Positions 32,701 through 41,580 are shown, counted from the first letter of the stretch. The stretch is 64,000 nt of DNA from Myxococcales bacterium (GCA_045863395.1 BTVJ01000034.1:16152-80151), one strand, 5' to 3'. Notes: generated from the sequence alone by a model not told the origin. Translations and numbers: made by a program.

Positions 32701-32973
32701 CGGCCCCTGCGGGCTGTCCACACAGAAGCCGCTCTCGCAGTCCGACGTGCCTGTGCAGGGGCAGAGGAAGCCCTTGAGGGGGCCGGCGCACTCCCCGGTG
32801 ACGTCGGGCTCAGGGGCGACCTCGACGGGGGCGTCCGCTGGCACTGACGAATCGGGCTGCGAAGGGCTCCCAGTGTCGGGCACATCGGTCGACACGACAT
32901 CGGCGGGGGCCGTGACGGGGTCGTCGGCGCAGGCGACACACACGAGGGCAAGGGCGATGAACGTCGAGCGCAT
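29707..32973 (-). CDS. Cys-rich lipoprotein with MopE-like metal-binding motifs, a DUF1565-like segment and a Gly-rich C-terminus
   Basis: CVAC lipobox; EECNGVDDDCNGTVDDG, ELCNFKDDDCDGLVDE, DVCDGKDNDCNG; VFVAKNGSD..AGT..EP..TVQRGI...DVYVATGVY; GGGGGGGAGG tracts. Confidence 0.85.
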   Translation of the reverse strand: MRSTFIALALVCVACADDPVTAPADVVSTDVPDTGSPSQPDSSVPADAPVEVAPEPDVTGECAGPLKGFLCPCTGTSDCESGFCVDSPQGPICTRECLSDQCPEGFACRSVLNLLPDVVFICVPDALRLCAPCQTDDQCGSGVCLDLAGGRFCTQACSSAACAPGYSCAQDPSADALGLGPVCLPQTGSCDCAGDQAGATRPCSVTDEGKTCWGVETCDPSQGWVGCTAAAPAPEECNGVDDDCNGTVDDGLPVDQTCVKEEASVGACQGTDVCLGVNGWLCNAPSPSPELCNFKDDDCDGLVDEDFRTGDLYAATDHCGTCNKSCAQAGIHGVAICDASKDPPQCVIESCDEGFFKLNEYQCIPVTTSLCQPCAKDTDCFLDGARCMALGDGKYCGKECGGPDDCPFGYSCLPWDGGSQCQPASGTCSCDGSNPDLKKACSLTWADPADPTTPATTCVGIQSCGPGGWEPCVLPADVCDGKDNDCNGAADEAFVDAVGRYVSDNHCGKCDNNCAALPVDNGVGVCDPAPLIPACALKCDGGWVDVNGNPVDGCECQIQPGDDVPDGVDSDCDGVDGEVQNAVFVAKNGSDGGAGTQDEPVLTVQRGIDRAVELGLRDVYVATGVYQESVLAATGVGVYGGYSADFTVRDRVLYETVLMGVAPSAGLPAAVNILDPGTAATPTAIDGVTVFGHSTSLPGKSSYAVMLRNVHAGVVVSNATINAGNGGDGLPGSAGVSGTAGEAGQPGLGATEHVECAGKTNPGGAGGTMACGAVDVSGGGGGTSVCPDYDESGAQPYSPPITQSPAPGEGGAPGANNAGPGGAGGVPGWDFLKWSAQVCTNCISPPAPNTWVGEDGKSGVPGLSGLGGQACAGDGVIIAGEWVAAQPTSGGPGSPGGGGGGGGAGGGVELSSCGDGGTDLGGSGGGGGAGGCAGGPGGAASSGGGSFGVFLVWTTPPVSAPTLLDNTIRSGNGGKGGAGGQGGVGGAGGDGASGGASGAANPTTQCAGQGGHGGAGGSGGHGGGGGGGCGGPSFALFAAGQGPLDLSPLKASNAFQPGGTGGLGGSGGVSVGEPGEGGAFGPTGSANF

Positions 32974-33044
32974 GGGCAAGCTCCGTGGCCTGGGGGGCCG
33001 GCTGGTGCGCCCAGGATAGCAGCAGCGCAACGCGGTCGGATAGC

Positions 33045-33887
33045 TCACCGCACGCGATGCACGGGCACCCGGAAGGCGCCCGGGCGCTGCGGGTCGGGCA
33101 CGGGGGGACCGGGGATGATGAGCCGCTCACCGCGCTCCAGGGCGTCCTGCAGCTCCAGCATGAGCTCCCGGTCCTCTGCCCCCACCGTGAGGTCGGGGGC
33201 CGGGCGCTCGATCACGGCGGTCGGATCGCCTGCCGCGGCCCGAATCCGCAGATCATCGATGGGCAGAAAGTACGTGACGGTCTCGGCCTCCGAGTGGGCC
33301 GGAGTCCAGGCGGTCATCAGCTCGATGGGCCCGAACCGCGTGTGGATGAACAGCGCCGACGAGTCCCACTGGGTCGCGCCATAGAGCGTCCGCGAGCGGA
33401 ACACCTTGAGGGCGATGGCCTTCGTGATGCTCCCGAGCCCCTTGAGGTCCTCCTCGGGCAGCGTGGGTGCGATGGACGCCAGGTTGTGCCCGAACCAGCA
33501 GCCCCGCGGATGCATGGGGATGGCGATGTACATGGAGTAGGGCACGAGGCCGCGGTAGTCGGCAGGGACGTCGTAGACCGCACGAGCATGCTCGGAGAGG
33601 TCCTCGGCGCGCCGCGCATAGCCGAAGATGGCGCCCGGCAGCTCCGAGCAGTCGAAGAAGACCCACCGGGGCATGGGCATGCCCTCGGGCCCGAACGTCG
33701 CCTGATCCAGGCGCTGGAGCAGCAGCAGAAAGCGCTCGCTCTCTACACGGAGTGGATCGATGACGTTCTCGTCCGGGATTGACATCCCGAAGGGGGAGCG
33801 ATCCAGAAACGGGAGATTGAAGGGAGTGGCGACCAGAAACGGCTCCAGATCACGAAGAATCGCGTCATTTCTCGTACGGATCACCAC
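33045..33887 (-). CDS. Uncharacterised protein, paralogue B of a tandem pair
   Basis: SD GGAGG 6 nt before GTG 33887; shares FGP.GMPMP.WVF.DC...PGA.FG, IAIPM, YG.TQW, GP....TA.TPAHS with the upstream ORF. Confidence 0.8.
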   Translation of the reverse strand: MVIRTRNDAILRDLEPFLVATPFNLPFLDRSPFGMSIPDENVIDPLRVESERFLLLLQRLDQATFGPEGMPMPRWVFFDCSELPGAIFGYARRAEDLSEHARAVYDVPADYRGLVPYSMYIAIPMHPRGCWFGHNLASIAPTLPEEDLKGLGSITKAIALKVFRSRTLYGATQWDSSALFIHTRFGPIELMTAWTPAHSEAETVTYFLPIDDLRIRAAAGDPTAVIERPAPDLTVGAEDRELMLELQDALERGERLIIPGPPVPDPQRPGAFRVPVHRVR

Positions 33888-34732
33888 GAGGCACCTCCCC
33901 TCGCGTCCTCTCGACGCAGAGGCACCTGGGTCGCGGCGCCCCGGATGAGGGGCGGCCCCACGATCCTCCAGCGAACGCCGGCCTCCACCTCCAACTGGAG
34001 GCGCCTGAGCATGGCCTCGTCGTCCACGTCGAGGAGGTGCGTGGCCAGAGGGCTCGACGGGCTCGTGTCCGCGCCTGCCAGCACGGCGGCCGTTCCATCG
34101 TCGGTGATGGCCGTGTGGAACGTGAGCGTCCGCGGCATGGAGTGGGCCGGCGTGTACGCGGTGATCACGTCCAGGGGGCCGAGCTGCGACAGCACCCGCA
34201 GCTTGGACGCCCGCCACTGGGTCGTCCCATACAGGTTGCGCGCGCGGAACATGGCGAGGCCGAGGATCATGGTGAGCTGCTGGAGCCCCTCCGGCGCCGC
34301 TCCCGGGGCCACCTGGTTGACGTCGCACAGGCTGTAGGTCAGCCAGGTGTCCGGCACCAGCATGGGGATGGCGATGAAGGTGCTGAGCGGCACGTCCCCG
34401 TCGTAGTCTTTCGGCACCTTGAGGCAGTGGCGCACCCACGGCTCCAGGGTCGACGCGGGCTGCGCAAAGCCGAAGACCGCCCCGGGCATGACGGCGCAGT
34501 CGTAGAAGACCCACTGGGGCATGGGCATGCCGACAGGCCCGAACGTCAGCTCGTCGAGCTGCCGGATCAGGTCCACGAAGGTCTGGTGTCTGCGGTGCTG
34601 CGGGTTCCTGCGGCTCTCCGGGGGGATGCTCACGCCCAAAGGCGCGAGGTCCAGGTCCTCGACGATGAGGTCCGTCGCGAGGACGAAGGGCCGGCAGGTC
34701 TCCACCACCCTTCGGTAGTGAAGCAAGGACAT
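33881..34732 (-). CDS. Uncharacterised protein, paralogue A of a tandem pair
   Basis: 283 aa with the same motifs as 33045-33887; its stop overlaps the start of the next gene. Confidence 0.8.
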   Translation of the reverse strand: MSLLHYRRVVETCRPFVLATDLIVEDLDLAPLGVSIPPESRRNPQHRRHQTFVDLIRQLDELTFGPVGMPMPQWVFYDCAVMPGAVFGFAQPASTLEPWVRHCLKVPKDYDGDVPLSTFIAIPMLVPDTWLTYSLCDVNQVAPGAAPEGLQQLTMILGLAMFRARNLYGTTQWRASKLRVLSQLGPLDVITAYTPAHSMPRTLTFHTAITDDGTAAVLAGADTSPSSPLATHLLDVDDEAMLRRLQLEVEAGVRWRIVGPPLIRGAATQVPLRREDARGGASW

Positions 34733-34761
34733 GGGAGCCTCCCGGTCTGGAGGGGGGAATG

Positions 34762-34794
34762 AAAAAAGGCGGGGACCGCACGCGATCCCCGCCT
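34762..34794 (-). terminator. Intrinsic terminator after the Cys-rich lipoprotein gene
   Basis: AGGCGGGGA/TCCCCGCCT stem followed on the minus strand by a T run (AAAAAA at 34762-34767). Confidence 0.8.
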
Positions 34795-34820
34795 CCTTCA
34801 GCTACGTTGACGTGACGCGA

Positions 34821-35474
34821 CTAGCAGTCGGGATCGGAGCCCGCGGAGCAGTTCGGGTCGCAGTAGCCGTCGCCCTCGCAAGCGATGGCGCCGCCCGTGC
34901 AGTCCGGGTCGTCCGCGCACGGGCTCGTCGTGCCGGGCTTCGCGTTGCAGTAGCCGGACTTCTTGTTGCAGCTCGGCTTGGCGCACTCCTTGCCGTTCTT
35001 CTTGCTGCCAGCGCAGTCCGGGTCCTGGTCCTTCGGGCACCAGGAGTCGCAGTGGCCGTCGCTCACGCAGGCCGACTTGAGGGAGCCATCGGGCGGCGTG
35101 CAGTCCGTGTCACACAGGCACACGGCGTCGGAGCACTTGGAGATGGCCTCGCACACCTTGCCGTAGTAGTTGCAGGAGCAGTTCGGGTCCCACTTGTTGT
35201 TGCCGCAGGAGCCCTCGCCGCAGGACGCGGCCGGGTTGCAGTCCGGGTCGGCCGTCAGCGCGCACTCGGCGCCGTTGCAGTAGCCGTCGTCGTCGCAGCC
35301 GAAGCCAGCGCCACCTCCGCCGCCACCGCCACCGCCGGTGTCCGTGGTGCCACCACCTCCGCCGCCCCCGCCCGTCGTGCCATCGGCGTCCGAGTCGTTG
35401 GTCACGTCGCAGCCCGCAAGGGCGGCCAGGACCAGCATCATGGCCGCGCTCACCGCCAGCGTTCTCAGCTTCAT
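34821..35474 (-). CDS. Small Cys-rich lipoprotein with DPDC repeats
   Basis: SD GGAGG; LAGC lipobox; Gly linker; repeated DG.C...C....DPDC. Confidence 0.85.
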   Translation of the reverse strand: MKLRTLAVSAAMMLVLAALAGCDVTNDSDADGTTGGGGGGGGTTDTGGGGGGGGGAGFGCDDDGYCNGAECALTADPDCNPAASCGEGSCGNNKWDPNCSCNYYGKVCEAISKCSDAVCLCDTDCTPPDGSLKSACVSDGHCDSWCPKDQDPDCAGSKKNGKECAKPSCNKKSGYCNAKPGTTSPCADDPDCTGGAIACEGDGYCDPNCSAGSDPDC

Positions 35475-35819
35475 TCCGTCTTCCTCCAGTCACATTGAGT
35501 GAATGGCTGCGCCCCGAGCCCAGCCACTCGCGACACACCCCGTTGGTATGCGCGCTTCCCCTGTCAGCCCACAGCGGCTTGCCGGACTATAGCCGAGCAC
35601 CTCCAAGGCTGCAAGCTCTCCGTCGTTCGTGAGGAAGGACGCTGCCACATGCGTTGGATCCGCGCGGAAGCAGGCGCTTTCTATTGCATCCACGCGCGCG
35701 TGTGTATACTCGCCCCAGTGCGCCGCATGGCCGCCGCCGAGGGCCCACCAGGGCGTGCTGCCGCCGCATGCGGTCCCACAGCCGCCCTGGTGCCGCGTCA
35801 CGAGAAGGAGTCCCTCCGC

Positions 35820-37964
35820 ATGCCAGGAAGCACCCTGGAGGTCCGAGCACACCTGGTGGAGTTCTGCCGTGCGCTGGCGCGCGCGATGATCGCGGCCCCC
35901 TGGTACTCGCCGAGCCACCCGGATGCCCGCAAGTCCATCGAGCAGGTGTGGCAGGTCCACCGAAAGCTCGTCGAGGGACAGTGGGGCTGCACCGAGGTGC
36001 ACGTGCTGAGCGCGGGTCCCTTCGACGTGGGCGCGTCCCCGACGGATGGCCTGGTTGCCGGCGTGGAGGCGGAGCCGGTGCCGCTCTCCGTGCTGCTGCA
36101 CGGGACCATGGGAGAGCACCTCCACCACCAGATGCTGGAGTTCCTCGGTCAGAACCACTTGGTCTCGCTCAGCTTCCGCCGTGGGCTGACCCGCTCCGAT
36201 CTCGAGCGGTTCATGATGGAGGTGGCCCAGCGGATCATGGCCGCACGACGGACCCGAGAGCCGGAGGGCGCAAAGGACCCGGAGCTCCCGAAGACGCGCC
36301 CTCACGGTCCGCCTCCTCCCCCCCTCGGCACCTCGCTCCGCGAGCTCGGGGTCGACTTCAACGGGACCGATGGCGGGCACATCGGCGCCCTTCACCTCGC
36401 TGAGCTTCAGGGCGAGCACGACGAAGGGACGCCTTGGCTCGTCCGTGTGTGCCTGAGCCGCACCGTGAGGGACCTCGCCATCGCCGCGGAGCGTGTGGTC
36501 GACGCAGAGCGCCTCCCCGTGGCGCGGCGCATCGTGACGGAGGGCTTCCTGGCAGCCGGGGCGTCCTGGCTGAGACAGGCGTGGCTCGTCGCAGCAGCGC
36601 GAGTGAACGCACCCGGGTTCGACGCGCCGCTGACGGCCGTAGCCGTCCGCAGCATCCCGGAGGGCGTGCGCGCATCCCTCGCCTGGGAGCTGATCGCCGC
36701 CATGGACGACCCGGAGGTGAGCCCAGAGGTCCAAGACCGGTCCCGCGCGCTCCTCGTGACCCTCGCCACGGGGATCCAGGTGGAGGCGGGCCCGGCGTCA
36801 GCCGACCTGTTGATGCTCCTGCACCGGCGGGGCATCGTCTCCTTCGAGGACCTCCCGGAGGTGCTCAAGGACCGGCTCCGGGTCCGCGGGTGGACCGACC
36901 AGTTCCTGGAGAACAGCGAGGCCTACCTCGCGCGGCTGCACGTCTTGGGGGAGCCAGCGGCGCTTCGGGACTACCTGACCGCGGTTCGCTTCATCTTCCG
37001 TGAGCTGCTCGCGCGGAGCCGGCACAGCGAGGCGCTGCTCGTTCTGCGGACCCTCCACGGGATCATCGACGACGAGGCCGAGCCACCGGAGCGCCGGGAG
37101 CTGGTGCAGGCGGCCCTCGACTGGATTCGGCGCGTCGACGTGGCGCCGACGCTGGCCGAGGCGGCCCGAACCGAGGACGGGGAGCAGCGACGGGTCATCC
37201 TGGCAATCCTCTTTGGCCTCGGTCCGCAGATGCTGTTCCCGCTGCTGACCCTGCTCGGCCACGTGCGCAACTCCCCCGCCCGCAAGGACGTGTGCGACGC
37301 CATCCGCGACATGGGGCCGTCCGTGGTGCCCATGCTCGTGGAGGAGCTGCTGCGCATCACCCACCCGTGGTTCCTGCACCGCAACATCCTGATGCTCCTG
37401 GGAGAGCTCGGCGCCACGGACGCAGCTCGGGAGGTGCGGCGGATGCTGGAGCATCCCCACATCCGGGTGCGCGAGCAGGCGGCAGCGACCCTGGTCGCGC
37501 TGCTGGGCGCGGGGGCGGAGCCGGACCTGGTGGGGGCGCTCGGGGACGGCGACCGGGATCTCCAGCTCCGCATCGTCCCGCTGTTGCAGGAGCTGGGGTC
37601 GTCGCACCCGCGCTTCCGCGAGTTCCTCCGTAGCCACATGGCCACGCTCCAGGGGCGCGAGGAGGCGGACGAGGCGCTGGTGTCCCAGTGCCTGGCGGCC
37701 GTGAGCACGCTCGCCATCGGATGGACCCCAGAGGAGCGGCTCCCCTTCGAGGAGGCCCTGGTCGAGGTCCTGGACCCGCCGCTCTCCCGCTCACTGCTGC
37801 GGCGAGCGCAGGGCCTCCGCCTCCCGACGCGGGTCCGCGAGCAGGCAGTGCGCGCGCTGTGCGCCGTAGCGTCCTCGCGCTCGCGACACCTGCTGGAGCG
37901 CCTCGCGCGCGACAGCACCCTCGGCGTGCGCCAGGCCGCAAGCGCGCGACTCGCGACCTTGTGA
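35820..37964 (+). CDS. HEAT-repeat protein
   Basis: SD AAGGAG; N-terminal WYSPSHP; PWFLHRNILMLLGELG, HPHIRVREQAAATL, VREQAVRAL, VRQAASARL. Confidence 0.78.
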   Translation: MPGSTLEVRAHLVEFCRALARAMIAAPWYSPSHPDARKSIEQVWQVHRKLVEGQWGCTEVHVLSAGPFDVGASPTDGLVAGVEAEPVPLSVLLHGTMGEHLHHQMLEFLGQNHLVSLSFRRGLTRSDLERFMMEVAQRIMAARRTREPEGAKDPELPKTRPHGPPPPPLGTSLRELGVDFNGTDGGHIGALHLAELQGEHDEGTPWLVRVCLSRTVRDLAIAAERVVDAERLPVARRIVTEGFLAAGASWLRQAWLVAAARVNAPGFDAPLTAVAVRSIPEGVRASLAWELIAAMDDPEVSPEVQDRSRALLVTLATGIQVEAGPASADLLMLLHRRGIVSFEDLPEVLKDRLRVRGWTDQFLENSEAYLARLHVLGEPAALRDYLTAVRFIFRELLARSRHSEALLVLRTLHGIIDDEAEPPERRELVQAALDWIRRVDVAPTLAEAARTEDGEQRRVILAILFGLGPQMLFPLLTLLGHVRNSPARKDVCDAIRDMGPSVVPMLVEELLRITHPWFLHRNILMLLGELGATDAAREVRRMLEHPHIRVREQAAATLVALLGAGAEPDLVGALGDGDRDLQLRIVPLLQELGSSHPRFREFLRSHMATLQGREEADEALVSQCLAAVSTLAIGWTPEERLPFEEALVEVLDPPLSRSLLRRAQGLRLPTRVREQAVRALCAVASSRSRHLLERLARDSTLGVRQAASARLATL

Positions 37965-38066
37965 CTGGAGATCCCGCCCTCCCGGTTGCGGCATCCACGA
38001 CCATTGCGGTAGAACCTGCGGGCCCGGGGACGGGCGATTGACAACCCCCTCTCGCAGGAGACGCCC

Positions 38067-40058
38067 GTGAGTTCTGGCACGGCCACCATCGCTCGACGCC
38101 CCGACAAGGCGCGCTTCCCCGGCAGGATCCTCTACCTCACCGAAGACACGACCCTGGTGCGTGCGCAGCTCGATGGAGCCGACCTCCCCTGGGACCCGCG
38201 CCACCCGGTGCACCTGATGAACAACATCTCCACCGACGAGATCACGCCGGGGTGGGTGTGCTTCTACTATGACGAGACCCTCGGGGAGTACGCGCACGTC
38301 GGGCTCCGGGGCGGTGTCGTCAAGCACATGGACATCAAGAAGGGCGGCTTCTCCGTCATCGTCAGCGGCATCTCGAAGGGGTGCGGGTCCAGCCGCGAGA
38401 CGGCGCCCTACGCGGAGCTGTGGGCGGGCGCGTCGCTGGTCATCGCGAAGTCCATCGAGAAGATCTACGGCCAGAACGCCCAGAACATCGGGCTGCTCAC
38501 GTCGACGGACTTCGGGCTCGTCCCGCGCATCCTCGCGGGGGAGGAGATCCCTCTTTCGGAGTTCACGCGCGGCCTCGACCCGATCTCCACGGCGATCATC
38601 GAGTACGGCGGGCTGTTCAACTACAACAAGGCGCGGCTCGCCGGCGAGGTGGCGCCCCCAGAGGTGACGACGGCGCCCCGCCCCATGAACCTCGTCGAGA
38701 AGATCATCGCCCGCAACGCCATTGCGGACGCCAAGGTGGGCAAGCTGGGCATCCCTGCGGTCGCCCCCGGGGACGCGCTCTTCGTGCGGACGGACGTCCG
38801 CTTCAGCCACGAGTACGTCACACCCATGGCCGAGGCCCTGTTCGTGCAAGCCTTCGGGCCCGGGGCGCGGGTGACGGAGCCCGAGAGCGTCACCGCCTTC
38901 CGGGACCACCTGACGTTCCTTGGCCAGGTGATGCCGGAGAGCCAGAAGAAGGCGGGCCTGCTGGAGCGAGCCGACGGCCTCGCCACCACGCAGCAGAGCT
39001 TCACGGACCGGCAGGGAATCCGGCTGTACGGCGAGGTCGAGGGTGGGGGCTCCGAGGCCATCTGCCACAACGCCGTGCTGGAGGACATCGCGCTGCCCAG
39101 CCAGGTGGTGCTGGGCACGGACAGCCACACCTGCACCGCCGGGGCGCTGGGCTGCTTCGCCTTCGGCGTCGGCTCCACGGACATGGCCAACGCCTGGTTC
39201 ACCCGCGACGTGCGCCTCGCGGTGCCGGAGACGGTGCGCTACGTCTTGACCGGTGAGCGCCCCGCGGATGTGTCGGCGAAGGACATCATGCTCGCCATCA
39301 TGGCGACGGACTTCATCCGCGCCGGCAGGGGCATCGGCAAGGTGCTGGAGTTCGCGGGGCCGGGGGTCGCGGCGCTGAGCATCGACGAGCGGGCGACGCT
39401 GACCAACATGGCCGTAGAGGCGGGCGCGTTCACGGGCATCATCGAGCCCGACGAGGTTGTCGTCGAGTACATCGCGCGGACCCGGGGCGTGGACCCGGGG
39501 GGCGTGCGCGCGCGGCTCCTGGTGGCGGACCCGGGGGCCACGTGGGCGGAGACCTTCGAGATCCGCCTCGAAGGGTTGCGGCCCATGGTCGCGACCCCCG
39601 GCGACCCCCGCAACGGGGTGGCCGTCACGGAGCTGGGTCCGGTCGCCATCGACATCGCCTACGGCGGCTCCTGCACCGGCGGCAAGATGGCGGACATGGA
39701 CATGTACGCGGCCGTGCTGGGGCGCGCCGTGGAGCAGGGGCGCCGCGTCGCGGAGGGCGTGGACCTCTACATCCAGTTCGGGAGCCAGCGCATCAAGGAG
39801 TACGCGGCCGGCCGAGGGTATATCGAGCTGTTCGAGGCGGCGGGGGCGCGCCTCGTCAACCCGAGCTGCGGCGCGTGCATCAAGGCCGGGCCCGGCGTGA
39901 GCCTCAACGACAAGCAGGTCACGGTGAGCGCCATCAACCGCAACTTCCCGGGGCGGAGCGGCCCGGGGCAGGTGTACCTGGCGAGCCCCTACGTGGTGGC
40001 GGCGAGCGCCATCGCGGGGCGCATCGCGACGCCTGCGGAGGTCGGGCTCGGGGACTGA
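38067..40058 (+). CDS. Aconitase-family dehydratase; fusion of a LeuD-like swivel domain (N) and a LeuC-like Fe-S domain (C)
   Basis: NISTDEITP, GCGSSRETAP, IAKSIEKIY..NAQNIG (small subunit); MNLVEKII, ICHN, GTDSHTC..GALG.FAFGVG, RATLTNMAVEAG, GGSCTGG, PSCGAC, NRNFPGRSG..VYLASP (large subunit). Confidence 0.9.
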   Translation: MSSGTATIARRPDKARFPGRILYLTEDTTLVRAQLDGADLPWDPRHPVHLMNNISTDEITPGWVCFYYDETLGEYAHVGLRGGVVKHMDIKKGGFSVIVSGISKGCGSSRETAPYAELWAGASLVIAKSIEKIYGQNAQNIGLLTSTDFGLVPRILAGEEIPLSEFTRGLDPISTAIIEYGGLFNYNKARLAGEVAPPEVTTAPRPMNLVEKIIARNAIADAKVGKLGIPAVAPGDALFVRTDVRFSHEYVTPMAEALFVQAFGPGARVTEPESVTAFRDHLTFLGQVMPESQKKAGLLERADGLATTQQSFTDRQGIRLYGEVEGGGSEAICHNAVLEDIALPSQVVLGTDSHTCTAGALGCFAFGVGSTDMANAWFTRDVRLAVPETVRYVLTGERPADVSAKDIMLAIMATDFIRAGRGIGKVLEFAGPGVAALSIDERATLTNMAVEAGAFTGIIEPDEVVVEYIARTRGVDPGGVRARLLVADPGATWAETFEIRLEGLRPMVATPGDPRNGVAVTELGPVAIDIAYGGSCTGGKMADMDMYAAVLGRAVEQGRRVAEGVDLYIQFGSQRIKEYAAGRGYIELFEAAGARLVNPSCGACIKAGPGVSLNDKQVTVSAINRNFPGRSGPGQVYLASPYVVAASAIAGRIATPAEVGLGD

Positions 40059-40136
40059 CGAGCGCGTGGCGAGGGGGGGCCGGCACGCCGCGCGAGCTGC
40101 TCGTGGCCTGGGGCGGGCGTGGCGTGCGTCCGGGGG

Positions 40137-40571
40137 TCAGTCGCGGGCGGCCCGTGCGTTGGCCAGGTCATCGATCTCTCTCTGCGCGGCCTTCGCCAGC
40201 TCTCCTCTCCACTCCTTTCGGGTGCGCGCCGCGATCTCGTCGTGGGCGAAGCGACGGCGGGCGGTGACGAGGTGCTCCGTCTTGCGCTCGAAGAGGTGCT
40301 GCTCGGCCATGAGGAGGCGATTCTCGGCCTCGTCGAGCTGCTGTCGCGTCGCGTCGCGCGCGGAGGCGACCACCTGGAGCCAGGCGCCCGAGAGCACTCG
40401 CTCCGAAGCCAACAGGCGGGACTCCTGGGTAGCGGACTCCTGCTCGATCTCGTGGATCTGCGCCTGCGTCTCGTCCACCTCCCGGTGGGCCTGGCTGACC
40501 GCGGACCGCGCCTTCTGCTCACGCACCTCGGAGATGCGCTGCATCCGCTTCGCAATCAGGTGACGGCTCAT
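40137..40571 (-). CDS. fliJ: FliJ-like flagellar export coiled-coil protein
   Basis: 144-aa coiled coil with R..REQKA near the N-terminus and QREIDDLA at the C-terminus; adjacent to the flg operon. Confidence 0.6.
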   Translation of the reverse strand: MSRHLIAKRMQRISEVREQKARSAVSQAHREVDETQAQIHEIEQESATQESRLLASERVLSGAWLQVVASARDATRQQLDEAENRLLMAEQHLFERKTEHLVTARRRFAHDEIAARTRKEWRGELAKAAQREIDDLANARAARD

Positions 40572-40760
40572 CTCGTCCCTCCGGGCAACAGCCCGTACAG
40601 CTTCGTCATGCAGGGCGCTCATCATAAGGCAAATCCTCGAGGATGCAATCTCGGCCTGCGTGCGGCCCAAGGCGGCGGTAGGCAACACGCACCCGGCAAA
40701 CCCTGCCCAGTCGTGCCGGGTTGGCGTGCCGCAGTGCGCGTGGATGGGGGCTGCGAGGTC

Positions 40761-40776
40761 GGGCACGGCTCTTGCT
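40761..40776 (+). promoter_or_regulatory. Sigma-54 (-24/-12) promoter of the flgF operon
   Basis: GGGCAC-GGCTC-TTGCT gives GG-N10-GC, matching TGGCAC-N5-TTGC(A/T), about 50 nt before flgF. Confidence 0.75.
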
Positions 40777-40824
40777 TTGGGCGCTCCGGCGCGGATTGAC
40801 CGCGTCGATGTACGAGGAGACGGA

Positions 40825-41562
40825 ATGGCCAACGGAATCTACGTCGCCGCGTCGGGAGCCATGGCCCAGCTCCGGCGCCTGGAGGCGGCCTCCAACAACC
40901 TGGCGCACGCCACCGAGCCCGGCTACAAGCGGGACGACGTGACCTTCGAGGATGTACGCGCGCAGCTCCGCCCCGAGGCCGACCCCACGTTGCCCCGAAA
41001 CCGTGACAAGCAGTTCGCGAAGGACAGCGGCACCAACTTCCGCATCGAGGCGGGCCCCATCACGCAGACCGAGAACCCCCTGGACGTGGCGCTGCACGGC
41101 GACGGCTTCCTGCGGGTGCGCACGCCGGACGGCGAGCGCCTGACGCGGGACGGGCGCCTGGCCCTCGACGCCGAGGGCACGCTCCGCACGATCCGCGGTC
41201 ACTTGGTGCTCGACGAGGGCGGCGGCGAGATCACCTTGCCGCCTGGAGCGATCCCGTCCATCGACCGGGCCGGCCAGATCACGGCGGCGGGCGTGCGGGT
41301 GGGGGCGCTGGGGGTCGCGCGGGTCACGGACCCGGCGGGCCTCTCCAAGCAGCCGGACGGAATGTTCGTGGCGCAGGGGCGCTTCGAGGACGCCTCCCGC
41401 GACGAGGTGGACGTCCTGCAGGGCTTCGTCGAGGAGTCCAACGTCAGCGCTGTGCAGGCAATCACGGAGCTGGTCGAGGTGCAGCGCACGTTCGAGGCGC
41501 TGCACCAGGTGATGAACGCCTACCGTCAGATGGACGAGCAGGCCACGCGGCTGATGCGCTGA
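40825..41562 (+). CDS. flgF: Flagellar basal-body rod protein FlgF
   Basis: GIYVAASGA...SNNLAH..EPGYKRD, TENPLDVAL.GDGF, TRDGR, QGFVEESNV, QRTFE. Confidence 0.9.
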   Translation: MANGIYVAASGAMAQLRRLEAASNNLAHATEPGYKRDDVTFEDVRAQLRPEADPTLPRNRDKQFAKDSGTNFRIEAGPITQTENPLDVALHGDGFLRVRTPDGERLTRDGRLALDAEGTLRTIRGHLVLDEGGGEITLPPGAIPSIDRAGQITAAGVRVGALGVARVTDPAGLSKQPDGMFVAQGRFEDASRDEVDVLQGFVEESNVSAVQAITELVEVQRTFEALHQVMNAYRQMDEQATRLMR

Positions 41563-41580
41563 GCCCCTTGAGGTGAGACG

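Noticed and set aside
33888..34781. N-terminal extension making a 578-aa ORF, or a frameshift fusion of the paralogue pair
   Set aside because: The extension is low-complexity out-of-frame overlap; the downstream gene has its own SD and GTG; no slippery site seen.
35691..35702. Palindrome CACGCGCGCGTG
   Set aside because: Low-complexity CG run that is plausible by chance in high-GC DNA.
38038..38043. TTGACA before the dehydratase gene
   Set aside because: No -10 element at 16-18 nt, and too close to the start codon.
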